From positions 70,432,001 to 70,496,000 of the forward strand of contig NC_087449.1 of the NCBI RefSeq assembly GCF_036321535.1: a DNA stretch of 64,000 bases. The letters run 5' to 3'. The position numbers and the translations under genes were made by a program. Positions 62,291-64,000 of this stretch are shown here, piece after piece. This stretch comes from Camelus dromedarius. Lineage: Eukaryota. Numbering within the stretch: position 1 is the first letter of the stretch; the number at the start of each line of letters is the position of its first letter. The notes beneath the pieces were generated by a model, which saw nothing but the letters and a program-made list of their open reading frames with translations, was not told the origin of the DNA and made no database searches.

Positions 62291-63550
62291 CTTACAGGGT
62301 GGGGTCCATGTAGCTTGAGGGTGGGATGGGGCCCTTCAGCCCCTTGCCTGGAGACCCACCCTTTGGGCCTGGCTCCTGCAAGGGCCACCCCACTCTGGAG
62401 CGTGTACAGGTCAGGGCCTTCAGGACACCTCCTCTCTGGGAGCCGGGAAGGTGCTGGGGTGGGAGCGACTGCCCCCGAGCTGTGCTGCCCCCTGGTGGAC
62501 AGTCACAAGAAGCAGCTGGAGGGGCGTGGCCACAGCAACCTGCCACACTTTCTCCTGTGTGGGCTCTGGACTAGTGGCCTTACCCAGGGACTGGGGATGG
62601 GAAGGCACCTTCAGGGCCAGCCTCCCACCCCGTCCCTCTGTGCCCCAGGGCCCCAGAATCCAAGTGGCCAGTCCCAGAGGCCTTATTCAGGCCTCTCCTG
62701 TAGCACCACTCTTCCACCTTTCAGACCTGGCTCCTCTCCTAAACAACCCCCCTCTGCCTGGCTCCCTCCTTCCGTTGAGGGTCTGCCCCTTCACGGCCCC
62801 TGCTGACTCGCTCAGCCTACTCTCAAGAGGCTTCCTACTCCCACAACTTATCCGGCCACCTGCCGGGTGTCCCAGGTTGATGTTCCTTCCTTTTCCTCGT
62901 GGAGCATCTTCATAGGGGGAAGGGCCCTACCTCACCCTGTCCACTACTCCAGCTGGAGTCAGGAGAGAGGCCAGGCTCCAGCACCAAGGGGGTCTTAGCC
63001 AGCTGGGACAGGAGTCGGGGTGAGGGGCAGGGCCTGAGGGAGGGACCCACGGGAAGGTATGTGGGTGCCTCCTGGGGTGGGCAAGTCATGGCCCATCATA
63101 GACTGAGCTTCTTGGAGGAGCTGTGGTCCATGGGCAAGTCCCTGCCTGCCTGGCCTTTGTCTCCCTGGAGGGAGGCCAAGTCAGAGGCCCTGGAAGTTGG
63201 CAGGGGCTGAAGGGTGCTGGGACAGGGGTTGGCAGGCAGGGCCTCCCCTTAAGTTCTGGGTAAACAGTGTGGGGAGGTGGCCCTTAGCCTGGCCCGGGAG
63301 GCAGCTCTGCACCACCCCCTCCAAAACAGCTGCAGCTCCAGCCTCCCAGCACGCTGGGAGCAGACACCCCCACCTCTGCACCTGCGGAATAAGTTTCATG
63401 AGAGGGCCACCAGGCTGTGGCTGGGCTGGGACAGCATGGAGAAGACCCCCAGCTGGAGGACAGAGGCCCTGGGTGGACTCTCTTCAGAGGTACCTGAGAT
63501 CCAAGGCCCTCAGAAGGCTAAGTGGTGGCCTGGTTCCCCTGGAGAGATGA

Positions 63551-63865
<315 letters not shown>

Positions 63866-64000
63866 TGAGCTCCAGGGCAGGACCGGGTATCCTCACAGAG
63901 GTGGGGGTGGTGGCTGCTGTCCCTTCACTGGGTGGGAGACGGGAGCAGCAGTCCCTTGGAGGGTGGAGAGGGTCCTCTAGTGGGCAAAGGTATGAGGTCT

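Overview
GC-rich mammalian genomic DNA (intron/exon structure, not prokaryotic), syntenic in reverse orientation with human 1p36.33. Two tRNA-derived SINEs resemble the camelid Vic-1 family, so the source is probably a camel, llama or alpaca. Gene order: SSU72 (+, coding exons 2-5; exon 1 is upstream of the window); TMEM240 (+, only the end of exon 3 and exon 4 are visible, the rest apparently hidden in three N gaps); a single ATAD3A (-, 16 coding exons, 586 aa); VWA1 (-, 4 coding exons, 413 aa); TMEM88B (-, 2 exons, 178 aa); and the first coding exon of ANKRD65 (+). Exon boundaries were read from the sequence and fit GT-AG and reading-frame rules. Repeats include L1, L2, MIR and MaLR remnants, two SINEs with target-site duplications, and several minisatellites. 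I found no rRNA, genuine tRNA gene or CRISPR array, and most ORFs in the supplied track are GC-rich or antisense artefacts. The most interesting signals are in SSU72: a minor-spliceosome (U12) intron with an atypical donor, a second perfect U12 branch point that defines a candidate poison exon, an intron 3 that stays open in the coding frame, and a 52-nt duplication of the last codons plus stop. VWA1 also differs from human at its linker intron and at the 10-bp signal-peptide repeat.
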